Shown: in pieces, positions 15,992 to 23,388 of the stretch
Layout: each line of letters starts with the position of its first letter
How positions within the stretch are numbered: the first letter of the stretch is position 1
Origin: Microcystis aeruginosa NIES-2549
GTDB lineage: Bacteria > Cyanobacteriota > Cyanobacteriia > Cyanobacteriales > Microcystaceae
Direction: 5' to 3'
DNA length: 32,000 bases
NCBI RefSeq assembly: GCF_000981785.2
Contig: NZ_CP011304.1
Location: 4,140,001-4,172,000 of the forward strand
Position numbers and translations under genes: made by a program
The notes under the pieces: generated by a model
What the model saw: only the letters and a program-made list of their open reading frames with translations
Database searches by the model: none
Told to the model about the DNA's origin: nothing

Positions 15992-16695
15992 GTATTCGGT
16001 TGAAAGTCGGCATCATTAATAATGACCACCGTATCCCCGGAGGGTTTAATCACAAATAGACCTTTTTTATAAGCGTATCGATCGATCCCCTCGTTGACTT
16101 CAATTCCCGCCACCGCACCGTAAGCTTGATAGTTTTGATAATGGGGAAAAGCGATTTTAAAACGAGTCAATTTTTCAATAAATTCATCCACATCATCTTT
16201 AGATAATCTAGATTTACATTCCACCACCACGAGATCGGTATCATCTACCGCTAGAATATCAATTTCCATGGCGATGCCCTGACGCTTGACTCTAGCGCGG
16301 GGATAAACTTCTTTAATATCGATGCCTTTTTCCTGAAAAAGCCGTAAAACCCCCGGTTCTACTAATTCTTCCACAAATCGACCCCAGCGAGTGGTGAGAC
16401 TATCTACCGCTTTGCTGGTTCGTTCAACCGTCCGTTTCAGTTCTGCCATCGAGCGATCGCTTTCTAGTTTAGATTCGGCGAGGAGGTTCTCTATTTCGAC
16501 TCTATGGCGATCATATTCCGCCTTGGATTCGGCAACCAGGCGATCATATTCCGCCTTGGATTGGGCAGCCCGGCGATCATATTCCGCCTTGGATTGGGCA
16601 GCCCGGCGATCATATTCCTCAGCCCGGCGATCATATTCCTCGGCGGAAGCGCGGAATAGCTGGTAAATATCCTCAAGAGTTACCGGTTCACTCAT
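15985..16695 (-). CDS. PD-(D/E)xK nuclease-like protein (DUF3782-like) with an N-terminal EYDRR repeat region
   Basis: The C-terminal half carries AMEIDILAVDD...LVVVECKSRLS (a D...ExK motif). The start is set at ATG 16695 (MSEPVTLEDIY) because the first 20 codons of the track ORF (up to 16755) lie inside the IS left end. Confidence 0.7.
   Translation of the reverse strand: MSEPVTLEDIYQLFRASAEEYDRRAEEYDRRAAQSKAEYDRRAAQSKAEYDRLVAESKAEYDRHRVEIENLLAESKLESDRSMAELKRTVERTSKAVDSLTTRWGRFVEELVEPGVLRLFQEKGIDIKEVYPRARVKRQGIAMEIDILAVDDTDLVVVECKSRLSKDDVDEFIEKLTRFKIAFPHYQNYQAYGAVAGIEVNEGIDRYAYKKGLFVIKPSGDTVVIINDADFQPNTW
16506..16646. repeat. In-frame coding tandem repeat, units of 33+33+33+21+21 nt
   Basis: The ggcgatcatattccgccttggatt[c/g]ggca[a/g]cc[a/c] unit is at 16506-16538, 16539-16571 and 16572-16604. 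Shorter ggcgatcatattcctc... units are at 16605-16625 and 16626-16646. They encode five (A)EYDRR motifs. Confidence 0.9.
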
Positions 16696-16786
16696 CGAAA
16701 ATTTGGGTCTGAAACCCCGCCGTTTTAGGTTGGCTTTGCTGTTAAATATGAGCATCGTTTACGAAATATATGCTAAAATATGAGAC

Positions 16787-17899
16787 ATGGAAAAAGCCTA
16801 TTCTTACCGATTTTACCCAACACCCGAACAAGAGTCGCTATTGCGGCGCACTTTGGGCTGTGTAAGATTGGTTTACAATAAAGCTCTCCATCTCAGAACA
16901 CAAGCTTGGCATGAAAGACAAGAAAGATTAGGATATGCTGAAACTTCTTCAATGCTAACCGAGTGGAAAAAACAAGAAGAATTAAACTTTCTCAATGAAG
17001 TAAGCTGTTTACCCTTACAACAAGGGTTAAGACATTTACAAACAGCTTTTACTAATTTCTTTGCTGGTCGTACTAAGTATCCTAACTTTAAGAAAAAACA
17101 TCAAGGAGCAAGTGCCGAATTTACCAAATCTGCTTTTAAATTTAAAGACAGACAAATCTATTTAGCTAAATGCACAGAACCTTTACCTATTCGATGGTCA
17201 AGACAAATCCCAGAAAGCTGTGAACCAAGCACAGTAACAGTCAGATTACATCCTTCTGGACGTTGGCATATCTCAATTAGATTTGATGACCCAACAATTA
17301 AGCCATTACCAGTAACAGATAAAGCCATTGGAATTGACTTAGGAATTAGTAGCCTTGTGATTACCAGCAATGGCGATAAAGTATCTAATCACAAGCATTT
17401 TAAAAAGCATTATCGGAGACTGCAAAAGGCACAAAAAAGCCTTTCTAGAAAACAGAAAGGCTCAAAAAATCGGGAAAAGGCAAAAATCAAAGTAGCCAGG
17501 ATTCACGCCCAAATTACTGATAACAGAAAAGACCATTTACATAAGCTAACGACTCAATTAGTTCGTGAAAACCAAACGATTGTGGTTGAGAATTTAGCCG
17601 TCAAGAATATGGTCAAAAACCCGAAATTATCTCAGGCAATATCTGATGTAAGCTGGGGAGAAATAACCCGACAATTAGCCTATAAATGCCGTTGGTACGG
17701 CAGAAATTACATCGAAATAGATAGATGGTTTCCTAGCTCTAAAAGGTGTAGTAATTGCGGGTATATTGCTGAGAAAATGCCGTTAAATATTCGAGAGTGG
17801 GATTGTCCAGACTGTGGGACTCACCATGACCGAGATATTAACGCCAGTAAAAACATTTTGGCCGCAGGGCTTGCGGTGTCAGTCTGTAGAGCGACCTGA
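16787..17899 (+). CDS. tnpB: TnpB, copy 2; the C-terminal tail is truncated by a premature TGA
   Basis: 370 aa, with 12 substitutions relative to copy 1. RuvC and Zn-finger motifs are intact (IGIDLG, VVENL, CSNCG..CPDCG, DRDINASKNI). acc-TGA-tga at 17897 replaces acc-ata-aga in copy 1, removing 25 non-catalytic residues. Confidence 0.85.
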   Translation: MEKAYSYRFYPTPEQESLLRRTLGCVRLVYNKALHLRTQAWHERQERLGYAETSSMLTEWKKQEELNFLNEVSCLPLQQGLRHLQTAFTNFFAGRTKYPNFKKKHQGASAEFTKSAFKFKDRQIYLAKCTEPLPIRWSRQIPESCEPSTVTVRLHPSGRWHISIRFDDPTIKPLPVTDKAIGIDLGISSLVITSNGDKVSNHKHFKKHYRRLQKAQKSLSRKQKGSKNREKAKIKVARIHAQITDNRKDHLHKLTTQLVRENQTIVVENLAVKNMVKNPKLSQAISDVSWGEITRQLAYKCRWYGRNYIEIDRWFPSSKRCSNCGYIAEKMPLNIREWDCPDCGTHHDRDINASKNILAAGLAVSVCRAT

Positions 17900-18067
17900 T
17901 GACCAGAACAGAGTAAATCTGTTAAGGCAGGTGCGAAAAATCCTTCGGAAAAGAAGCAGAAACCGTTCGGACTTCGGCGTGAGCTCAGTCGAACGCTGAG
18001 CTCACGGCCGAAGCCCAAATCGTGAGGTTTGGGAATCGCCGTCCGTTTACGGAGGCGAGGATGTCAA
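17860..18067 (+). ncRNA. Putative omega-RNA scaffold of copy 2, interrupted by the 52-nt palindrome (bounds approximate)
   Basis: Homologous to the copy 1 right-end region. The hairpin is at 18037-18057. Confidence 0.3.
17965..18016. repeat. Inserted palindromic element in the copy 2 right-end region
   Basis: gttcggacttcggcgtgagctcagtcgaacgctgagctcacggccgaagccc replaces a single t of copy 1. The arms cttcggcgtgagctcag and ctgagctcacggccgaag form a stem of about 17 bp with one bulge and the loop tcgaacg. Confidence 0.8.
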
Positions 18068-18205
18068 TGATGCCAATTCTAGCAGATAGCCTCGAGGCGC
18101 TCTGACCAAGGCAGTCCTGGCAGCGATAACCACAGCGCGCAACTTCCGCAAGAATGCTAATATAAAAAAGCTATTGGCTAATTTTTTCCTATTTTAACTC
18201 GCAAT

Positions 18206-18628
18206 ATGCTCCCGTCTAATCTCGATCGCATCGTCGAACGCCTCAAACGTCGTACCGATCCTAAGCAAAAATACGAACAATTACTAGCTTTTGCTAAAAA
18301 ACTAGAACCAATACCAGAATCTGCCAAAATACCTGCTAATAAAGTTCATGGCTGTGTATCCCAAGTTTATATCACTGCCGACCTCGAAAATGGCCAGGTT
18401 TGGTACAAAGGGGATTCCGACGCGCAATTAGTCAAGGGTTTAGTTGCTTTGTTAATCGAGGGGTTAAATGGACTGACTCCCACGGAAATCCTGCAAGTCA
18501 CCCCGGATTTTATCGAAGAAACCGGTTTAAAAGTCAGTCTTACCCCTTCCCGCGCCAACGGATTTTATAATATTTTCCAATTAATGCAGAAAAAAGCTCT
18601 CGGTTTTCAGTTGGGAATGTCCGCTTAG
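18206..18628 (+). CDS. sufE: SufE-family cysteine desulfuration protein
   Basis: A 140 aa protein. KYEQLLAFAKKL...KVHGCVSQVYI...DSDAQLVKGLVALL matches SufE, including the conserved Cys loop. Confidence 0.85.
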   Translation: MLPSNLDRIVERLKRRTDPKQKYEQLLAFAKKLEPIPESAKIPANKVHGCVSQVYITADLENGQVWYKGDSDAQLVKGLVALLIEGLNGLTPTEILQVTPDFIEETGLKVSLTPSRANGFYNIFQLMQKKALGFQLGMSA

Positions 18629-18632
18629 ATGT

Positions 18633-19184
18633 CTAGTTTTCCAATTCCGGTTCCTTTGATTCGGGAATCTCGCAGTTTTGGAAACGAGTATCCACCAGTG
18701 AACGGGTGCAACCCCAATTACTCGGTATTCCCGACGGCCAACCCATCCGCAAAGCTTCCGGACAGATGGCCATCACCGTTAACTGACAGTCAATTAACTG
18801 AAAACCCTCTTTCTCACACTGTTTGAGACTGTGTTTGAGAATAGAATCATTGTTAAATTCGATGGTTTTATTGCACTGAATACAGACCAAATGATGATGG
18901 TGGTGGGGATAGGGTTGATTGAGTTCGTAGTGTTTATGACCTTCGGCCAATTCCAACTCCCGCAAAATCCCCATCCGCGACATTAGTTTAACACTGCGGT
19001 AAATTGTCGATAAACTAATTCCTTCCCCCCTTTTGTCCAGTAATTCCTGCAATTCCTCAGCACTGAGATGATTGCCTTTCGGTAAATTCTGGAAAACGTG
19101 CAGAATTTTCTCTCGCTGGGGAGTTAAGCGCCACCCCCGCGCGTTGAGTTCCGCTTTCAGGGAGGAAGCAGTGTAGGCAGACAT
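18633..19184 (-). CDS. furA: Ferric uptake regulator FurA
   Basis: SLKAELNARGWRLTPQREKILHVFQNLPKGNHLSAEEL...LSTIYRSVKLMSRMGILRELELAEGHKHYELNQPYPHHHHHLVCIQCNKTIEF is near-identical in pattern to Anabaena FurA as I recall it. It carries a C-terminal extension of about 35 aa reaching the sufE stop. Confidence 0.9.
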   Translation of the reverse strand: MSAYTASSLKAELNARGWRLTPQREKILHVFQNLPKGNHLSAEELQELLDKRGEGISLSTIYRSVKLMSRMGILRELELAEGHKHYELNQPYPHHHHHLVCIQCNKTIEFNNDSILKHSLKQCEKEGFQLIDCQLTVMAICPEALRMGWPSGIPSNWGCTRSLVDTRFQNCEIPESKEPELEN

Positions 19185-19217
19185 AAGCGATCAACTCTCA
19201 ATAAAAGCTATTTAATT

Positions 19218-19236
19218 GACAATGATAGTCGTTTCG
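19218..19236. promoter_or_regulatory. Candidate Fur box in the furA-dnaJ divergent intergenic region
   Basis: gacaatgatagtcgtttcg matches the 19-nt GATAATGATAATCATTATC consensus at 13/19 positions (hand alignment) and lies 34 nt upstream of the furA start. Confidence 0.35.
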
Positions 19237-19289
19237 GCGAGCCATTGGCAACAATTTTAAGTAGTTGAAAATTCTCCCCCCATTCAAGT

Positions 19290-20555
19290 ATGAAAAATTA
19301 CTATGAAATCCTCCAAATTCCCCGTAATGCCAGTAATAATCAAATAAAAGCCGCTTTTCGTCGTCTGGCCCGGCAATATCACCCCGATTATAATCCCAAT
19401 GATCCGGAGGCACTGACAAAATTTCGGGAAATTGAACAAGCTTATCGGGTTTTGAGCGATAAAGAGAAAAGAAAAGAGTATGATCGCAGTTTATCCCCGG
19501 AAATACCCACTTTTAACCCCAGTGCCGAGGATTTTTATCAACAGGGATGGCGCTACGCTCAAGAGAAAAATTATCAACTAGCGATCGCATTTTACCAGCA
19601 AGCGATCGCAATTAATCCGCAATTTTGGCAGGCCTATCTGCAACGGGCGGAAGTTTACTACCATAATCAGCAGGATCGGCAAGTTTTAAGCGATTGTCGC
19701 CAAGTTTTGCAGTTAAAACCCGATTGTTCCCAAGCTTACTATTACCTCGGTTTATCCCGTCAACGACTCGGTTACACCCAATCCTCCCTAGAAGCTTATA
19801 GAAAAGCAATCGCCATTGACCCAGATAACCCCCAATTTTATTATCAAAGAGGATTGGCTCTAGAGGAACTCTCGGAACTGCCGGCAGCACGAAAAGATTT
19901 CCAAATAGCGGCCAATAAATTTAGGCAACAGGGAAATTTTCGCCGCTATCATGCCATTGCAAATAAATTAAGAGACCCTCATAAAAGTTATCGACAACCG
20001 CAATCTATCGAGTGGTCAAAAACTCTTTTTATTGTTTTTAATTTGCTGAAAATCTCTTTTTCATCTTTGCTCAAACCCAAGACGGGTCTAGCAGAGGCTT
20101 TTTTAAAGCTTAACCGTAATCAGGCTTTAGCTACGGGTGTATTGGCAGCAATCATCAGCAGTTTTTTCATGGCTTTTACTTGGCAAAACTGGACAGTTAA
20201 ATCTGATTTTTTGCTGTTATTAGGCTGGGCAGTATTTCCTTTTATTATTCTGACTTTATCTAGTTGGTTGGGCAGAAAATTAAGTAATAAATATGGTAGT
20301 CTCACCGGCGATATATTTTTAGGTGGCTTGATAATTTTGCCCTTTTCCCTCGTCATTTTGCTCACTTCCTATTTATCCATAAATGGCGATATTGTCGGCG
20401 CAATTATCGGTGTAACGGGCGGTTATCTAACCGGACTGCTCTACTATGGTTATCGCCATTTATCCAACATTCCTTGGCCGATCTCTGTACTTTTACTCCC
20501 TTTTGTGCTAGGTTTTCTTACGGTTAATATCTGGGGAGTTTATTATTATCTCTAA
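19290..20555 (+). CDS. J-domain + TPR + C-terminal multi-TM protein
   Basis: J domain YYEILQIPRNAS...YHPDYNP...YRVLSD. TPR-like repeats (AIAFYQQAIAINP, AYRKAIAIDP). Four to five hydrophobic helices at the C-terminus. Confidence 0.8.
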   Translation: MKNYYEILQIPRNASNNQIKAAFRRLARQYHPDYNPNDPEALTKFREIEQAYRVLSDKEKRKEYDRSLSPEIPTFNPSAEDFYQQGWRYAQEKNYQLAIAFYQQAIAINPQFWQAYLQRAEVYYHNQQDRQVLSDCRQVLQLKPDCSQAYYYLGLSRQRLGYTQSSLEAYRKAIAIDPDNPQFYYQRGLALEELSELPAARKDFQIAANKFRQQGNFRRYHAIANKLRDPHKSYRQPQSIEWSKTLFIVFNLLKISFSSLLKPKTGLAEAFLKLNRNQALATGVLAAIISSFFMAFTWQNWTVKSDFLLLLGWAVFPFIILTLSSWLGRKLSNKYGSLTGDIFLGGLIILPFSLVILLTSYLSINGDIVGAIIGVTGGYLTGLLYYGYRHLSNIPWPISVLLLPFVLGFLTVNIWGVYYYL

Positions 20556-21122
20556 ATCTTCTGGGGTATTACAGTTAAATAAAATCTCGGAATTATCGAT
20601 AATTAATTCCTCCACCACAGAGACATTTAACCATTTTTGAAAAGAAGTTCCCCCTTGCTTAATATAAGTCTGCAAAGATTCCAAACAACGACGATGATAT
20701 AAACCACAGAGAGGTTCCCAACGCTCACCGTACCGGGGAACCAAAGCCATGGCATTTTCTGGTACAGTGGCTAATAATCTTGACCATGCTTGAATAATTG
20801 GGGGCGTTAGTAAAGGTAAATCGCAAGCGAGTAATAAAACCCAATCGGTTGATACAAAAGTTAATCCCAAGGCAAAGGCCAATAAAGGCCCCCTAGTGGG
20901 CAGAGGTTCCTTGATTATTTGGCAGTATTGGGGAATGATAAGTTCATAACGTTCCGGCCAAGGCGTAATCACAGACACTTGTACTGCACAATCTTGGGCA
21001 ATTAAACAAGTATTCTCTAGAAAAGAGAGACCCTGAAAAGATAATAAAGCCTTATCTCGTCCCATCCGGGAACTTTGACCACCAGCCAGAATTAATGCCG
21101 TTAAAGCGGTAAAATCACTCAT
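20508..21122 (-). CDS. mobA: Molybdenum cofactor guanylyltransferase
   Basis: LILAGGQSSRMGRDKALL...LLLACDLPLL. The start is placed at ATG 21122 (MSDFTAL) rather than at the track start 21149. Confidence 0.8.
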   Translation of the reverse strand: MSDFTALTALILAGGQSSRMGRDKALLSFQGLSFLENTCLIAQDCAVQVSVITPWPERYELIIPQYCQIIKEPLPTRGPLLAFALGLTFVSTDWVLLLACDLPLLTPPIIQAWSRLLATVPENAMALVPRYGERWEPLCGLYHRRCLESLQTYIKQGGTSFQKWLNVSVVEELIIDNSEILFNCNTPEDLEIIINSPDINRKKT

Positions 21123-21305
21123 AATAACCAGTTCTAAAGGATAAACCACAGAGGCACAAAGAACACAAAGAAAAAGACAGACTCGACAAGTGAAGACTAT
21201 CTATCTATCAGATAAAGGACAAGAGAGCCTACTAATCTAGCCAACTTGCTCAAATCCATGCTAGTCTCTTGATAATTAATAAATATCTTCATAAACAAGC
21301 ACTAG

Positions 21306-22445
21306 ATGAATTCCAATTTAATCAAAGTTCCCTTTGTGGATTTAACTTGGCAAAATCAGCCCCTACAGGCAAAAATTACCGAGGCAATCCAAACAGTTAT
21401 CGACCGGGGAGATTTTGTTTTAGGCCAAGCTTTAGCCGAATTTGAAACCGCCTTCGCCCAAGCTTGCGGAGTCGAGTATGCTGTGGGAGTAGCTTCCGGC
21501 ACTGCCGCTCTTGCCCTCGCTTTACAAGCTTACGGCATCGGTGCCGGGGATGAAGTGCTAGTCCCCGCTAATACCTTTGTTGCTACCCTCATGGGTGTTA
21601 TACAAGCGGGAGCCAAACCGGTTTTAGTTGATTGTCACCTCGATACGGCCCTAATTGACCTTGCGGCGGCCGCCCAAAAAATTACCCCCAAAACCCGCGC
21701 CATTCTACCCGTACACCTGTACGGACAGATGGTATCACCCCAACAATTACAGGATTTTGCCCGCAGCTATAATCTGATTATCTTTGAAGATGCAGCCCAG
21801 GCCCATTTAGCCAGTAGAGAAGGTTATCGCGCCGGCAGTGTCGGTGTGGCGGCGGGGTTTAGTTTTTATCCCAGTAAAAATTTAGGTGCTTTTGGCAATG
21901 GCGGAATGTTGGTGAGCAATGATCCCGAAATTAGCCAAAAAGCCCGCAGTTTAAGAAATTATGGCGCACCGAGCAAGTATTTCCACACCGATATCGGCAC
22001 TAATAGCCGTTTAGATAGCATACAAGCCGCCATTTTAAACATTAAATTACCCCATCTGGAAAGTTGGAATCGCTCCCGTCATCGAGCGGCAAGACAATAT
22101 GATCAGTTGTTGGCCCCTTTAACCGATCAGGGCATTTTACCCATACGAGACGAAACCGAAACCGGTCATGTCTATCATCTCTACGTTATTCGCATTCTCC
22201 CCCATTGTCCCGTTGATCGCCAACAACTACAAGAAAAATTAACTGCCGTCGGTATTCAAACCGGCATTCATTATCCGATTCCTTGTCATCTGCAACCGGC
22301 CTATCGCTACCTGGGTTATCAACAGGGAGACTTTCCTAATTCAGAGATTCTCTGTGAAGAAATTTTATCTCTCCCCATGTACCCCGGCATCAGCCAGAAG
22401 CAAATTGAAATCGTGGTTGAACAGATCACTGCGATCATCGGGTAA
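21306..22445 (+). CDS. DegT/DnrJ/EryC1/StrS-family sugar aminotransferase
   Basis: FE..FA..CGVEYAVGVASGTAALALAL...DAAQAH...SFYPSKNLGA (PLP-lysine motif). Confidence 0.85.
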   Translation: MNSNLIKVPFVDLTWQNQPLQAKITEAIQTVIDRGDFVLGQALAEFETAFAQACGVEYAVGVASGTAALALALQAYGIGAGDEVLVPANTFVATLMGVIQAGAKPVLVDCHLDTALIDLAAAAQKITPKTRAILPVHLYGQMVSPQQLQDFARSYNLIIFEDAAQAHLASREGYRAGSVGVAAGFSFYPSKNLGAFGNGGMLVSNDPEISQKARSLRNYGAPSKYFHTDIGTNSRLDSIQAAILNIKLPHLESWNRSRHRAARQYDQLLAPLTDQGILPIRDETETGHVYHLYVIRILPHCPVDRQQLQEKLTAVGIQTGIHYPIPCHLQPAYRYLGYQQGDFPNSEILCEEILSLPMYPGISQKQIEIVVEQITAIIG

Positions 22446-22482
22446 CATAAATTCAGAATTTGTCACTAAATCGCTCTGTCCT

Positions 22483-23388
22483 ATGGGTATTAGTCCTTCT
22501 CTATCTCCCGTCTCCCGCAAAAATCAGCTATCTTGGCTGATTATCGCTTTCTTGGCGGTTATCTATGGTCCAGTGATCTTTCATTGGTACGATGGTTGGC
22601 TGAATAAATCGATCGGCATCGAACATGAGTACTTTAGCCACGGCTTGATTGGCCTTCCCTACGCCGCCTATATTGTCTGGCAGAATCGCAAAAAATGGCA
22701 ACGCCTCGAAGATCGCTCCCATCCCCTCGGAGCGTTTTTGTTAACCCTAGGGGCGATTTTTTATCTCCTCGGTTCCTCTGTTTGGGTTAGTATGTCTTTC
22801 CCGATTATTTTAGCGGGGATCTGTCTCTGGTTAAAAGGAACGGAAGGTTTTAAATTACAGGGATTTCCCCTACTTTTAACAGCTTTAGCGACTCCTAATC
22901 CTATCCCCTACCTGATTACTCCCTATACCCTACCCCTACAGATTTTTATTGCCGCTTGCGCTGGTTTTATTCTCCAGCAAGCAGGCTTAGATGTCTCCGT
23001 TGACGGTATCTATGTAGCGGTAGAAGGTCGGATGGTGGAAGTCGCTCCCTACTGTGCGGGACTAAAAATGTTATTCACCAGTCTTTACGTCACGCTGCTG
23101 CTGCTCCATTGGACAGATACCATCGAAAACGGTCGTAAAACGCGCTTTATGCTCCTCAGTGCCTTTGGAATTAGTGTCGGGGCTAATATTATTCGTAACG
23201 CGGTTTTAGCTTGGTTTCACGGCACAGGACAAGAGGAAAACTTTAAATTACTCCACGATAGCTGGGGGGGTGATTTGTACTCGGTCTTTATGTTATTACT
23301 CATCCTCTTGGTCTTCCAAATCATCCAGTATCGCGAGGCGGTCAGGAAACAGTCCCTGGCCCAAGAGGAACGTAACCAAGATGATTAG
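22483..23388 (+). CDS. crtA: Cyanoexosortase A (exosortase-family transpeptidase)
   Basis: A polytopic membrane protein with exosortase Cys/Arg/His motifs (VAPYCAGLK, NIIRNAV, WFHG). The ATG at 22483 avoids overlap with the upstream degT-family gene. Confidence 0.7.
   Translation: MGISPSLSPVSRKNQLSWLIIAFLAVIYGPVIFHWYDGWLNKSIGIEHEYFSHGLIGLPYAAYIVWQNRKKWQRLEDRSHPLGAFLLTLGAIFYLLGSSVWVSMSFPIILAGICLWLKGTEGFKLQGFPLLLTALATPNPIPYLITPYTLPLQIFIAACAGFILQQAGLDVSVDGIYVAVEGRMVEVAPYCAGLKMLFTSLYVTLLLLHWTDTIENGRKTRFMLLSAFGISVGANIIRNAVLAWFHGTGQEENFKLLHDSWGGDLYSVFMLLLILLVFQIIQYREAVRKQSLAQEERNQDD

Larger units (their letters stand above)
16691..18067 (+). mobile_element. IS200/IS605-family element, TnpB-only, copy 2 (inverted relative to copy 1; decaying)
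   Basis: Shared sequence with copy 1 runs from ctcatcgaaaattt (16691) to gaggatgtcaa (18067). This copy is about 50 nt longer because of an inserted palindrome. The LE hairpin arm is mutated (ggttgg instead of cggcgg, 16728-16733). Confidence 0.85.

Noticed and set aside
16391-16676. ORFs 16391-16666 (+) and 16491-16676 (-) with repetitive peptides
   Set aside because: These are alternative-frame readings of the 33/21-nt tandem repeat inside the PD-(D/E)xK gene. The frame that continues into the nuclease core is the credible one.
16696-16755. N-terminal 20 codons (MLIFNSKANLKRRGFRPKFS) of track ORF 15985-16755
   Set aside because: This stretch is the reverse complement of the IS left end and is shared with copy 1. 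The true start is most likely ATG 16695.
17814-18018. Track ORFs 17814-17999 (+) and 17821-18018 (-) at the copy 2 right end
   Set aside because: They span the tnpB 3' end, the inserted palindrome and the non-coding IS right end. Copy 1 lacks equivalent ORFs, so this is more likely an RNA/structural region than coding sequence.
18629-18826. 65-aa plus-strand ORF immediately after sufE
   Set aside because: It lies antisense to the furA 3' end. It is proline/serine-rich and low-complexity, so it is a shadow ORF.
19198-19419. 73-aa minus-strand ORF across the furA-dnaJ intergenic region
   Set aside because: It overlaps the J-domain coding start on the opposite strand and the promoter region, and has no motif support.
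22354-22482. Upstream extension of the exosortase ORF, and the similar 23270-23380 extension of the next ORF
   Set aside because: Each extension overlaps the 3' end of the preceding well-supported gene in another frame. Internal ATGs (22483 and 23381) give proteins that begin at the expected membrane segments.
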